Below are positions 19,072 through 28,273 of a stretch of 64,000 nucleotides of DNA, in pieces; the first letter of the stretch is position 1, and the number at the start of each line of letters is the position of its first letter. The stretch lies in assembly GCA_007134675.1 (NCBI GenBank), contig SLKJ01000030.1, positions 1,998 to 65,997 on the forward strand, written 5' to 3'. The DNA is from Bacteroidales bacterium (lineage in GTDB: Bacteria; Bacteroidota; Bacteroidia; Bacteroidales; PUMT01). The notes under the pieces were generated by a model. That model saw nothing but the letters and a program-made list of their open reading frames with translations. It made no database searches and was not told where the DNA came from. Made by a program: the position numbers and the translations under genes.

Positions 19072-22062
19072 ATGGATCGATTGCATCATCCCATTAACGA
19101 ACTGGATAGCTACAGATTTCAGGATACTTCCTTCAACCTTCTGATGCAGAAACGTATTCACAAGATTCTGCTGATTTGCAGTAATTATGATGCATTTATG
19201 CTTGAAGAAGATGGCAGAATAGATGAGCAGATATTCAACGAGTATGTTTCACTCAACCTCAGCACACCACCTGTATTTGTAAAAGCAACCGACGGACCGG
19301 AAGCATTCGGGATATTGAAGGAAGAGAAAATTGATCTTATTATCTCAATGATCAGCGTTGGTGGAGACTCTGATGTATTCAGACTTGCAGGTGAGATCAA
19401 ATCTGAGTATCCTGATGTGCCGATTGTAGTTTTGACCTACTTTACCCGTGAGATTTCAATGAAACTGGTAAATGAGGATTTAACTGCTGTGGATTATGTT
19501 TTCTGCTGGCTTGGCAATGCCGATCTTTTGCTTGCCATTATCAAGCTGATAGAGGATTCAATGAATGTCGCGCATGATGTGGAGGAGGGGGGTGTGCAGA
19601 CCATATTGCTGGTTGAGAATTCAATAAGGTATATCTCAAGTTACCTGCCCCACCTCTATAAGATCATTCTCAAGCAATCCCTTGATTTTGCCCGTGAAGC
19701 CCTTAATGCCCATCAGAAAAACCTCCGGATGCGGGGAAGACCTAAGATACTCATGGCAACAAATTATGAGGAGGCTCTCTTACTTTATGAAAAATATAAG
19801 CATAACCTTCTGGGTGTGATTTCTGATATATCTTATGACCGCAAGGGGAAAAGGGATAATAAGGCCGGTCTCCGGCTTTGTACCAAGGTAAAGGCCGATG
19901 ATCCGCATATGCCTGTTTTGCTGCAGTCGAGTGACTGTAAATACCAAAGTAATGCTGAAGAGCTGCAAGCCGGATTTATTCATAAATACTCTAAAACCCT
20001 TTCAATTGAGCTGAGGAACTTTGTTATCAGGCAATTCTCATTTGGCGAGTTCATATTCCATGATCCGGAAACCAGGCAGGAAGTTTGCCGTGCTGCCGAT
20101 CTTCAGGCATTGCAGCAGGCTATTCTTGATGTGCCGGAACATGTTCTGGCCTATCACTCTGGCATGAACCATTTTTCAAAATGGCTGAATGCAAGAGCAT
20201 TGTTTCCTATAGCCCAGATGTTTAAATATCTCAAGGTAGAGGACTTCCTTTCAATTGAAGAGGTAAGACGTTATATTTTTACTGCGATTTCTAGTTTCCG
20301 ATCCTCAAAAGGGCGGGGCGTTATTGCAAAATTTGATAAGAACAGTTTTGACGAGTACCTTATGTTTTCCAGAATAGGAGAAGGATCAATTGGAGGCAAG
20401 GCACGGGGACTGGCATTTATAAATTCGATACTTAAAAAGAACCGTCTTTTCGGTAAATATCCGGATGTCATTGTAACCATACCACGTACGGTGGTTTTAA
20501 GCACAGATATTTTCGATGAGTTCATGGAATCCAATGAGCTCTACAGGCTCGGGTTGTCCAATGCCAGTGATGAGGAGATACTTCAGAGGTTTGTATCAGC
20601 AAGTCTCCCGGGAAGGTTGCACCAGGATCTGTATGCTTTTATCTCGGTGGTGCGTAACCCGGTTGCGATCCGTTCTTCAAGTAAGTTGGAAGATAGCTAT
20701 TACCAGCCTTTTGCCGGTATTTACTCCACATATATGATTCCGCGGGTGGATGACAGTACACTTATGATCAGGATGCTGACTGATGCTATTAAGTCGGTTT
20801 ATGCATCTGTTTATTTTAAAAGCAGCAAGGCATATATGGCTGCTACGGCCAATGTTATTGATGAGGAAAAAATGGGGATAATCCTGCAGGAAGTATGTGG
20901 AACCACCAGGAGCGGAGATAAATTTTATCCTACTATATCCGGTGTGGCTCGTTCTGTTAATTTTTACCCTATCCCACCTGAAAAAGCGCAGGATGGCATA
21001 GCGAACATTGCATTCGGGCTTGGCAAGCTTATAGTGGACGGAGGGATATCTCTCAGGTTTTCTCCAAAGTATCCTAAAAAAGTTTTGCAGCTTTCCACAC
21101 CCGAACAGGCACTCAGAGAATCTCAAAAAAAGTTTTATGCACTGGACCTGAATGTGGATAGTTTTATTCCCTCCGTTGATGACGGCGTGAATATTCTTAA
21201 ACTTCCCATAAGGGAAGCCGAAGACGAGACCTCTTTCAGCTACGTCGGGTCAACTTATGATTATGAATACAATATGATCAGAGAAGGTGTCGGCCATCAG
21301 GGTAAAAAAGTTGTCACCTTTTCAAATATCCTTAACCACAATATTTTTCCTCTGCCCGAAATACTCCGGACACTTCTTGAAACCGGACAGCATGAAATGA
21401 ATAATCCTATAGAAATTGAATTTGCGGTTGATCTGGATACACCCAAAGGACAACCGAAAGTTTTCTATTTCCTTCAGATCAGACCGATTGTATTTGGGGA
21501 GCAGAAGGTGGATGTGAATTTTGATATGATTGAGAATGACAATACCATTGTATATTCAGAATCTGCTCTTGGTTATGGCACTATAACCAACATATCGGAC
21601 TTTGTATATGTTCATCCTGATAAATTCAGGTCGTCTGAAAATAAGGAAATTGCCCTTGAGATCGAAAAGGTCAATGAGATGTTTATAAAAGAAGGAAGGA
21701 ATTATGTGTTAACAGGTCCAGGCCGATGGGGTTCCAGCGACCCCTGGTTGGGGATACCGATTAAGTGGCCCCAGATTTCAATGGCAAGGGTTATCATTGA
21801 ATCCGGTCTTGAAAATTATCATATTGATCCAAGTCAGGGCACTCACTTCTTTCAGAACCTCACCTCTTTCAGAGTTGGATATTTTACTGTAAACCCGCAT
21901 TTCAAAGAAGGGTTTTATGATGTTGATTTCCTGAATTCCCAACCGGCATATTATGAAGACAAACATGTAAGGCATGTGCGATTTGAACACCCTTTCAAAA
22001 TACAGATTGACGGCAGGCAGAACAGGGGGGTAATATTCAAGCCCGGTCCCCTGAAAAATTAA
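19072..22062 (+). CDS. Paralogue of the preceding gene: two receiver-like domains, PPDK_N-type ATP-grasp domain and the conserved C-terminal module (no N-terminal sensor module)
   Basis: Collinear with the 15586-19050 product from its aa ~170 onward (ILLVENSIRYISSYLP, GGKARGLAF, VAIRSSSKLEDSYYQPFAGIYSTY, GPGRWGSSDPWLGIPIKWPQIS, GTHFFQNLTS). Confidence 0.7.
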   Translation: MDRLHHPINELDSYRFQDTSFNLLMQKRIHKILLICSNYDAFMLEEDGRIDEQIFNEYVSLNLSTPPVFVKATDGPEAFGILKEEKIDLIISMISVGGDSDVFRLAGEIKSEYPDVPIVVLTYFTREISMKLVNEDLTAVDYVFCWLGNADLLLAIIKLIEDSMNVAHDVEEGGVQTILLVENSIRYISSYLPHLYKIILKQSLDFAREALNAHQKNLRMRGRPKILMATNYEEALLLYEKYKHNLLGVISDISYDRKGKRDNKAGLRLCTKVKADDPHMPVLLQSSDCKYQSNAEELQAGFIHKYSKTLSIELRNFVIRQFSFGEFIFHDPETRQEVCRAADLQALQQAILDVPEHVLAYHSGMNHFSKWLNARALFPIAQMFKYLKVEDFLSIEEVRRYIFTAISSFRSSKGRGVIAKFDKNSFDEYLMFSRIGEGSIGGKARGLAFINSILKKNRLFGKYPDVIVTIPRTVVLSTDIFDEFMESNELYRLGLSNASDEEILQRFVSASLPGRLHQDLYAFISVVRNPVAIRSSSKLEDSYYQPFAGIYSTYMIPRVDDSTLMIRMLTDAIKSVYASVYFKSSKAYMAATANVIDEEKMGIILQEVCGTTRSGDKFYPTISGVARSVNFYPIPPEKAQDGIANIAFGLGKLIVDGGISLRFSPKYPKKVLQLSTPEQALRESQKKFYALDLNVDSFIPSVDDGVNILKLPIREAEDETSFSYVGSTYDYEYNMIREGVGHQGKKVVTFSNILNHNIFPLPEILRTLLETGQHEMNNPIEIEFAVDLDTPKGQPKVFYFLQIRPIVFGEQKVDVNFDMIENDNTIVYSESALGYGTITNISDFVYVHPDKFRSSENKEIALEIEKVNEMFIKEGRNYVLTGPGRWGSSDPWLGIPIKWPQISMARVIIESGLENYHIDPSQGTHFFQNLTSFRVGYFTVNPHFKEGFYDVDFLNSQPAYYEDKHVRHVRFEHPFKIQIDGRQNRGVIFKPGPLKN

Positions 22063-22092
22063 AATATTAAATTTTTTCATATCCACGCTATT

Positions 22093-22500
22093 ATGGAAAC
22101 CATAAGGATGATTTACAGAGGTCAGTTAAGAATAGAGGCAGAACATGTGCAATCCTCAAAGACCCTTATTACTGATGCTCCTGTTGACAACCAGGGCCAG
22201 GGAGAATCTTTTTCTCCTACCGATCTTCTCGCAACAGCACTGGGCAGTTGCATGCTGACCATAATGGGCATAGCAGGAAGGGAGCACGGTTTCAGTATTG
22301 AGGGGACGCGGGTTGGCATAACAAAGATAATGGCAGCTGATCCCCGACGGGTTGCAGAAGTCAGAATAGAGCTTTTCTTCCCTTCCGGGGGTTATTCCGA
22401 TAAACATAAAAAGGTAATCAGGAAAGCTGCAGAAACCTGTCCCGTAGCACTCAGTCTTCATCCCGAAATCAGGCAGTCCCTGATATTCAATTTCGGGTAA
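22093..22500 (+). CDS. OsmC/Ohr family protein
   Basis: 135 aa. SPTDLLATALGSCMLT...ETCPVALSL contains the two conserved Cys contexts of the OsmC family. Confidence 0.8.
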   Translation: METIRMIYRGQLRIEAEHVQSSKTLITDAPVDNQGQGESFSPTDLLATALGSCMLTIMGIAGREHGFSIEGTRVGITKIMAADPRRVAEVRIELFFPSGGYSDKHKKVIRKAAETCPVALSLHPEIRQSLIFNFG

Positions 22501-22607
22501 AAAGACTGGCGCCGGATATCCGGTTACTGTTCATAAGGTGAACCGGTCCTTCGGCAACTATTTGGAGTCGGTCCGTCGGGGCAGAAACTACCTTTGGCAA
22601 GTTGCCG

Positions 22608-23534
22608 TCATATCAGGTCTGCAGCACTTCTTGCCTGAATGCTCCGGTCTGCTTTTTTGGCAAGCCCCTGCAGCACGTTACCAGGACCTACTTCCGTAAA
22701 CGAAGCAGCTCCGTCTTTTATCATGTTTAACATGGTTTGTGTCCACCTGACGGGTGCAGTAAGCTGGGCTACAAGATTTTCCTTTATAATCGAAGGGTCG
22801 GTAACCGGCATCGCGGTTACATTCTGATAAACCGGACACCGGGGCTTGTTTACCGGTGTGTTATCAATTGCTTTTGCAAGCTCCTCTTTGGCAGGTTTCA
22901 TAAGGGGCGAATGGAATGCTCCTCCCACCATAAGCTTCAGCGCACGTTTGGCTCCCAGTTCCCTGAGCTTTTCAACAGCAAGGTCTATACCTTTAATTGA
23001 TCCGGAGATAACAATTTGTCCGGGACTGTTGTAATTGGCCGGAACCACTACTTCATCAATGCCTGCGCAGGCCTCTTCAACCACATTATCATCAAGTCCT
23101 AATATTGCAGCCATTGCAGAAGGCTCCGCTTCACATGCCTTTTGCATTGCACGTGCCCTTGCTGCAACAAGCCTGAGTCCGTCTTCAAAAGAGATCGCAT
23201 TGGTGGCAACCAGCGCTGAAAACTCTCCCAGCGAATGGCCTGCAGCCATATCAGGGATAAAATCTTTACCTAGCACGCTGGCAAGCACAACCGAGTGAAG
23301 AAATATTGCAGGCTGTGTCACATTTGTTTGTTTAAGGTCAGCCTCGGAGCCTTCAAACATCTTGTCGGTTATACGGAAACCAAGAATATCATTGGCTTTT
23401 TCAAAAATCTCTCTGGCAAGATCGAATTTTTCAAACAGATCTTTCCCCATTCCGGGAAACTGGGCTCCCTGGCCCGGAAATATAAATGCGTTATAACTTT
23501 TATTTTGTATGTTGCTGGATGACGATAGTTTCAT
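22608..23534 (-). CDS. fabD: Malonyl-CoA:ACP transacylase
   Basis: FIFPGQGAQFPGMG, active-site GHSLGEFSAL and GPG..L. I trimmed the start to the ATG at 23534; the track start at 23747 adds 71 implausible residues that overlap folE. Confidence 0.9.
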   Translation of the reverse strand: MKLSSSSNIQNKSYNAFIFPGQGAQFPGMGKDLFEKFDLAREIFEKANDILGFRITDKMFEGSEADLKQTNVTQPAIFLHSVVLASVLGKDFIPDMAAGHSLGEFSALVATNAISFEDGLRLVAARARAMQKACEAEPSAMAAILGLDDNVVEEACAGIDEVVVPANYNSPGQIVISGSIKGIDLAVEKLRELGAKRALKLMVGGAFHSPLMKPAKEELAKAIDNTPVNKPRCPVYQNVTAMPVTDPSIIKENLVAQLTAPVRWTQTMLNMIKDGAASFTEVGPGNVLQGLAKKADRSIQARSAADLI

Positions 23535-23617
23535 GATTAAGGTCTGTTTTGTTGATTGCTGTTTTATTGTTGTTAAAGTAGTTTTGTCTGCATATGAAAC
23601 TGGAAGGCCTGATTTTA

Positions 23618-24274
23618 TCAGTGAAGCTTGGCACCGATAAGGTGTATGAATTCTTCCCTTGTTTGCATCTGTTTCAGAAAGATCCCTGTGAAGGCGGAGG
23701 TGGTTGTTACCGAATTCTGTTTTTGAATGCCCCTCATCTGCATACACATATGATGTGCTTCTATTACAACGGCAACTCCCATGGGATTTAGTGTTTCCTG
23801 GATACAGTCCCTTATCTGGGTAGTAAGCCTTTCCTGTACCTGCAGCCTCCTTGAATAGGCATCCACCACCCGGGCTATTTTGCTTAGCCCCGTAATATGT
23901 TTAAACGGTATATAAGCTACATGAGCTTTTCCGTAAAACGGAATCATATGGTGTTCGCACATGGAATAAATTTCAATATCCTTAACCAGCACCATCTGCT
24001 GGTAATCTTCTGTGAACTTTGCCGAATTGAGAATATCTTCCGGGTTGAGTTTGTAACCGTGAGTGAGGAACTGTATGGCTTTTGCCACCCGAAGGGGAGT
24101 TTTTTCAAGACCTTCCCTCTCAATATCTTCCCTGAGTACTTTCAATATTTCGCGGTAACTGGATGCAATTTTTTTGGTATCCTCTGGATGAAATATCTCA
24201 ACTTTGGAATAGCCGAACTCTTCATCTTCTATCAGATTATCCATTGGTTCTTTCAGCTTTTTTTCAGTTTCCAT
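23618..24274 (-). CDS. folE: GTP cyclohydrolase I
   Basis: [20 protein letters not shown] and [14 protein letters not shown] are the FolE signatures. Confidence 0.9.
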   Translation of the reverse strand: METEKKLKEPMDNLIEDEEFGYSKVEIFHPEDTKKIASSYREILKVLREDIEREGLEKTPLRVAKAIQFLTHGYKLNPEDILNSAKFTEDYQQMVLVKDIEIYSMCEHHMIPFYGKAHVAYIPFKHITGLSKIARVVDAYSRRLQVQERLTTQIRDCIQETLNPMGVAVVIEAHHMCMQMRGIQKQNSVTTTSAFTGIFLKQMQTREEFIHLIGAKLH

Positions 24275-24486
24275 AATTTGCTTTTATTCTGTGTTGTTAA
24301 AAATATTGGCTTCAAACGGGTTACCTGCTACAAAGGGCAAATTTAATAAATTTTTAATGGTACTTAGACAGTTGATTAACTAATGCAAAGTTAATCTGAT
24401 CTTATTTTGAACAATTATATGGAAGGTTTGTTAATTAGTTAAATTTAGACACAGTAAATTTTTTTTAACTCATAAAATTATTAATT

Positions 24487-25086
24487 ATGTCATTTAAACT
24501 TCCATCATTAAGTTATTCATACGATGCGCTTGAGCCACATATTGACTCACGCACAATGGAAATACACCATACTAAACATCATGCCGCATACACCAATAAT
24601 CTTAACGCAGCTGTTGAAAATTCAGAACTGGCAGATAAGAGCATTGAAGATATGATGAAAGATATCTCAAAATATCCGGTCGCTGTGCGGAATAACGGGG
24701 GAGGATATTTTAATCACAACCTTTTCTGGGAGATCATGTCACCTGATGGCGGGGGCGAGCCCTCTGGTAAGCTGGCTGATGCAATTAAATCATCTTTTGG
24801 TTCCTTTGAAGCTTTCAGGGATGAATTTTCAAAGGCAGCTGCCACCCGGTTCGGATCTGGATGGGCGTGGCTCGTGAAACAGGACGATCGCCTTGTTGTA
24901 AGTTCGACTCCAAATCAGGACAATCCCCTGATGGATCTTGCAGAGGTAAAAGGTACCCCGATACTCGGTCTGGATGTGTGGGAACACGCCTATTATCTTC
25001 ATTATCAGAACAGACGTCCTGATTATATATCCGCGTTCTGGAACGTGATAGACTGGAGTGAGGTTTCAAGGAAGTTTGGTGGATAA
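24487..25086 (+). CDS. Fe/Mn superoxide dismutase, cytoplasmic
   Basis: [26 protein letters not shown]... and DVWEHAYYL. No signal peptide. Confidence 0.9.
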   Translation: MSFKLPSLSYSYDALEPHIDSRTMEIHHTKHHAAYTNNLNAAVENSELADKSIEDMMKDISKYPVAVRNNGGGYFNHNLFWEIMSPDGGGEPSGKLADAIKSSFGSFEAFRDEFSKAAATRFGSGWAWLVKQDDRLVVSSTPNQDNPLMDLAEVKGTPILGLDVWEHAYYLHYQNRRPDYISAFWNVIDWSEVSRKFGG

Positions 25087-25147
25087 ATGATAAGAGTTTC
25101 TGGTAACCAACCTTTCGAATAGGTTGGTGTAAGTTGGTTTGGTTGAA

Positions 25148-25188
25148 AAGAAGGCCGGTAAGAAATTACCGGCCTTCTTACCTTTTTA
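25148..25188 (+). terminator. Rho-independent terminator of the plus-strand SOD gene
   Basis: 13-bp stem AAGAAGGCCGGTA (25148-25160) pairs with TACCGGCCTTCTT (25167-25179), with a 6-nt loop and then CCTTTTT. Confidence 0.65.
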
Positions 25189-25260
25189 CAGCACAAAAAG
25201 AAAAAAACCAGATACGGATTATTTAATTTTTTTCCCTGGATTAATAAAAGACGGGATTAA

Positions 25261-25298
25261 TAAAAAAAACCTGTTGAATTGTTTTTTATCAACAGGTT
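25261..25298 (-). terminator. Rho-independent terminator of the minus-strand SOD gene
   Basis: 10-bp stem (25268-25277 pairs with 25289-25298). Read on the minus strand it is followed by a T-run (the plus-strand A-run at 25262-25267). Confidence 0.55.
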
Positions 25299-25361
25299 CT
25301 TTAGTAGCTACTGTCCTTACTTAATAAAGGATTTATACATTTTTTCTCCTGTGATGAAGGA

Positions 25362-26093
25362 TTATGCTTTTTTAAGTTTTTCTGCGACTGCGTTCCAGTC
25401 AATTACATTCCAGAATGCAGAGATATAATCACCTCTTCTGTATTGGTATTTAAGGTAGTAGGCGTGCTCCCATACATCAATTCCCATAACAGGGGTTCCC
25501 CTTTCCTTAGCAGGCACAACATCCATCAGTGGGTTGTCCTGATTTGGAGTAGAGGTTACCATAAGTTTTCCGTCAGCTGCAACAAGCCATGCCCATCCAG
25601 ATCCGAACCGGGTGGCAGCTGCAGTTGTAAACAGTTCCTGGAACTTCCTGAAAGATCCGAATGAACTGTTTATTGCTGCCAGCAATTCACCTGTTGGTTG
25701 ACCGCCTCCGTTAGGTGTCATTATTTCCCAGAATAATTCGTGATTGTAATGACCACCCCCATTATTCCTGACAGCGACAGAATAGGATGAAACAGACTTC
25801 ATGATGTGCTCAAGGGATCTGTCGCCTGCTGCTCCTGGCAGTGCATTGTTAAGATTGTTTACATAGGCAGCATGATGCCTGCTGTGATGTATTTCCATCG
25901 TGCGGGCGTCAATATATGGTTCAAGCGCGTCATATGCATAGGGAAGGGGGGCAAGCTGAAATGAACTTCCCTCATTAATTCTGGTTTTATGGGGTGATTC
26001 CATCTCCATATTTCCTGCTCGTGCGATAAAAGGGGAGGCAATTAATCCACCCATGCCCAGAAGACCTGTTTTAAGAAAAACTCTTTTATTCAT
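25362..26093 (-). CDS. Fe/Mn superoxide dismutase with N-terminal export signal
   Basis: Same SOD motifs ([19 protein letters not shown]), preceded by [26 protein letters not shown]. Convergent with the cytoplasmic paralogue. Confidence 0.85.
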   Translation of the reverse strand: MNKRVFLKTGLLGMGGLIASPFIARAGNMEMESPHKTRINEGSSFQLAPLPYAYDALEPYIDARTMEIHHSRHHAAYVNNLNNALPGAAGDRSLEHIMKSVSSYSVAVRNNGGGHYNHELFWEIMTPNGGGQPTGELLAAINSSFGSFRKFQELFTTAAATRFGSGWAWLVAADGKLMVTSTPNQDNPLMDVVPAKERGTPVMGIDVWEHAYYLKYQYRRGDYISAFWNVIDWNAVAEKLKKA

Positions 26094-26396
26094 TGGCTTA
26101 GATTTTAAATGTTAATAATCAATACATTATTTATAAAAACAAGCCATGCCATTTTTTGTTCAAATATTTGGTTAATAAGTCTTTCATTAATGTATTGATG
26201 CCACATTACCTGTAATAATCAATATACGGGTGAGGGTTCGGCATGCAGTCAAAGCATTGTGGTATACGGAATTCATCATGCATTATTGGATTTCAATCAC
26301 CTTTACAGTTTATCCGATGGAAAACTGCGAAAAATTGTAACCTCAATGCTGTTATCATCGTTAATTGTGGTAGATGAATGCTGAATGTTATTATAA

Positions 26397-27428
26397 ATGT
26401 TATCAGGGCTAAAATACAAATCCATAGTTGTAATCAGGCTTGCTTGTGCAGTATTGCTTTTCACTGTCTCAGCCTTAGAGATTAAAGCGCAGGACCCTCA
26501 ATTCTCGCAGTTTTATGCTAATCCGCTTTACCTTGCGCCATCCTTTGCCGGCCTTACAGAGGGAAGCCGGCTGGGAGCTAATTACAGGAACCAGTGGCCA
26601 CAACTTCCCGGTAAGTTCGTTACCTATACCTTTTCATATGATCACTGGTTTGATCAGTATGACAGCGGGGCAGGAATTCTTTTCATGCAGGACATGGCAG
26701 GAAGCGGAAATCTGAGGACTACAAATGTCGGTGTCCAATATTCGTATGATTTTCCTTTAAATCCGGAATGGCATATGAGACCCGGTGTTCATTTTTTCTA
26801 CACTGAGCGTGCAATTGATTTTGATAAACTTGTTTTCAGCGATCAGATAACCCCTGGTGGTCAGAGGCCGACCACTATTGAAATACCTCCACTTAGCAGG
26901 AGGGGCGGGGTTGATTTTTCATTCTCGGCAATGGCCTATTCAGAGCAGTACTGGTTCGGCTTTGCAGTTGACCATTTGCTGCGGCCTAACCATTCGCTGT
27001 GGGAATTTGATGGTGATGATGATTTCAATGCTTTTGTGCCCATAAAATATTCTGTTTTCGGAGGTACCAAGTTTACACGTGGTGGCAGACTTATCAGAAG
27101 GCTGGAAGAGAGCCTTCAGCTTGCTTTTCTCTACCGGCAGCAGGGCCCGTTTAATCAACTTGATCTTGGAATGTACTGGTACAGGAGCCCCCTGGTGATT
27201 GGAGCATGGTACAGGGGGATCCCGGGTCTAAGCAGCGGCGGACAGGATGCAGTGATCTTCCTTGTAGGGTATAAAATTGATCAGTTTAACATAGGGTACA
27301 GTTTTGATTTTCCCGTCTCACAATTACTTGGCTCAACAGGCGGAGCCCATGAGATATCCATTTCCTATTCATGGACATCGATCCGCATTCCGAAAAGGCC
27401 CAGAATGGTTCCCTGCCCGGAGTTTTAA
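26397..27428 (+). CDS. PorP/SprF-family type IX secretion system membrane protein
   Basis: AQDPQFSQFYANPLYLAPSFAG after the signal peptide, and C-terminal GGAHEISISY. Both are hallmarks of the PorP/SprF family. Confidence 0.85.
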   Translation: MLSGLKYKSIVVIRLACAVLLFTVSALEIKAQDPQFSQFYANPLYLAPSFAGLTEGSRLGANYRNQWPQLPGKFVTYTFSYDHWFDQYDSGAGILFMQDMAGSGNLRTTNVGVQYSYDFPLNPEWHMRPGVHFFYTERAIDFDKLVFSDQITPGGQRPTTIEIPPLSRRGGVDFSFSAMAYSEQYWFGFAVDHLLRPNHSLWEFDGDDDFNAFVPIKYSVFGGTKFTRGGRLIRRLEESLQLAFLYRQQGPFNQLDLGMYWYRSPLVIGAWYRGIPGLSSGGQDAVIFLVGYKIDQFNIGYSFDFPVSQLLGSTGGAHEISISYSWTSIRIPKRPRMVPCPEF

Positions 27429-27430
27429 TG

Positions 27431-27552
27431 AATTTTGCCTTAATTAATTATCCAAAGTTTATGCTTACAGTCGGAACCGCTGCGCTTTAACATGAAAATT
27501 TTTTCATCCGTATGTGTGTAAATTGGCTTAAAAAATTTTCATGTATATTTGT
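27431..27552 (+). repeat. Intergenic repeat family, copy A (upstream of the ompH-like gene)
   Basis: It aligns with 51167-51287. The 73-nt core TATCCAAAGTTTATGCTTACAGTCGGAACCGCTGCGCTTTAACATGAAAATTTTTTCATCCGTATGTGTGTAA has 4 mismatches against copy C. It ends in TAtaTTTG. Confidence 0.8.
27544..27551 (+). promoter_or_regulatory. -7 element candidate TAtaTTTG inside repeat copy A
   Basis: Exact TAnnTTTG match. A TTG lies 18 nt upstream (27523-25). It is 97 nt before the 27648 start. Confidence 0.4.
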
Positions 27553-27647
27553 ATACTTTTTCGTACTAAATTTTTTTTTACGGGGAAGCAAGGATATTTA
27601 AACAGGAACCTGAAAGTCTGTGTTTAATCTAATATAAATAAATAGTA

Positions 27648-28259
27648 ATGAAACATGTATCGCTGATATTGAACATTGTTCTGGGAGTAGCCGTTGCGGT
27701 GCTTTATGTGCTTCATTTTTCTGCACCCGCTATTCCTGAAGAGATCATGGATGAGTACGAAGAAACTGGAGAATATTTTCCTGTTTCAAGGGATATTGTC
27801 TATGTTTATTTTGATACCCTCCTGAATAATTATGACATGTATTATGACATGCAGAAAGAATTTCTGGAGAAACAGCAAAGGCTGGAGGGTGAACTTACAA
27901 GAATTTCCCGGAATTATGAACGCAAAGTTGTTGATTTTCAGGACAGGGTCCAGAAGGGGTTGATGACCCGTTCGCAGGCACAGCAGAGAGAGCTGGAACT
28001 GATGCAGGAACAGCAGGATCTTATGGAGCAGCGAGATAACTATTCCAGAGAGCTTATGGAAGAGGAGCAGGTAATGCACAGGCAACTGCATCATAGTATA
28101 TATGAATTTCTTAAAGAATACAACAGGAATCAGAATTACCAGTATATACTGAGTCATTCATTTGGCGGTCCGTTTCTGTACACCGACATGAGCCTTAATA
28201 TTACCAGAGAAGTAATTGATGGACTGAACAGGCAATACCGTGAAAACCGGGGGAGATAA
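27648..28259 (+). CDS. OmpH/Skp-family periplasmic chaperone-like protein
   Basis: N-terminal hydrophobic signal or anchor and a long Q/E/R-rich coiled coil. The C-terminal part ...FLKEYNRNQNYQYILSHS...LY...ITREVIDGLNRQY is typical of Bacteroidota OmpH. Confidence 0.7.
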   Translation: MKHVSLILNIVLGVAVAVLYVLHFSAPAIPEEIMDEYEETGEYFPVSRDIVYVYFDTLLNNYDMYYDMQKEFLEKQQRLEGELTRISRNYERKVVDFQDRVQKGLMTRSQAQQRELELMQEQQDLMEQRDNYSRELMEEEQVMHRQLHHSIYEFLKEYNRNQNYQYILSHSFGGPFLYTDMSLNITREVIDGLNRQYRENRGR

Positions 28260-28273
28260 AACATAATCCTGTT

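Noticed and set aside
22512-22523. Palindrome CCGGATATCCGG between the OsmC gene and fabD, considered as a bidirectional terminator.
   Set aside because: The stem is only 4 bp and there is no flanking T-run on either strand.
24380-24460. GTTAAT-containing inverted repeats (GATTAAC-N9-GTTAATC) upstream of the cytoplasmic SOD gene. I considered them as a motif shared with the 26113-26224 boxes.
   Set aside because: GTTAAT-type words are expected by chance in these AT-rich spacers. There is no extended match between the two SOD upstream regions.
27491-27520. Possible 9-codon leader peptides inside the repeat family: MKIFSSVCV* in copy A (27492-27521) and MKIFSCVCV* in copy C (51226-51255).
   Set aside because: Copy B has indels that destroy the frame (ATGAATTTTTTTCATCTTGTATGTGTGTATTTTAAG...). 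Conservation is therefore at the nucleotide and palindrome level, not the peptide level.
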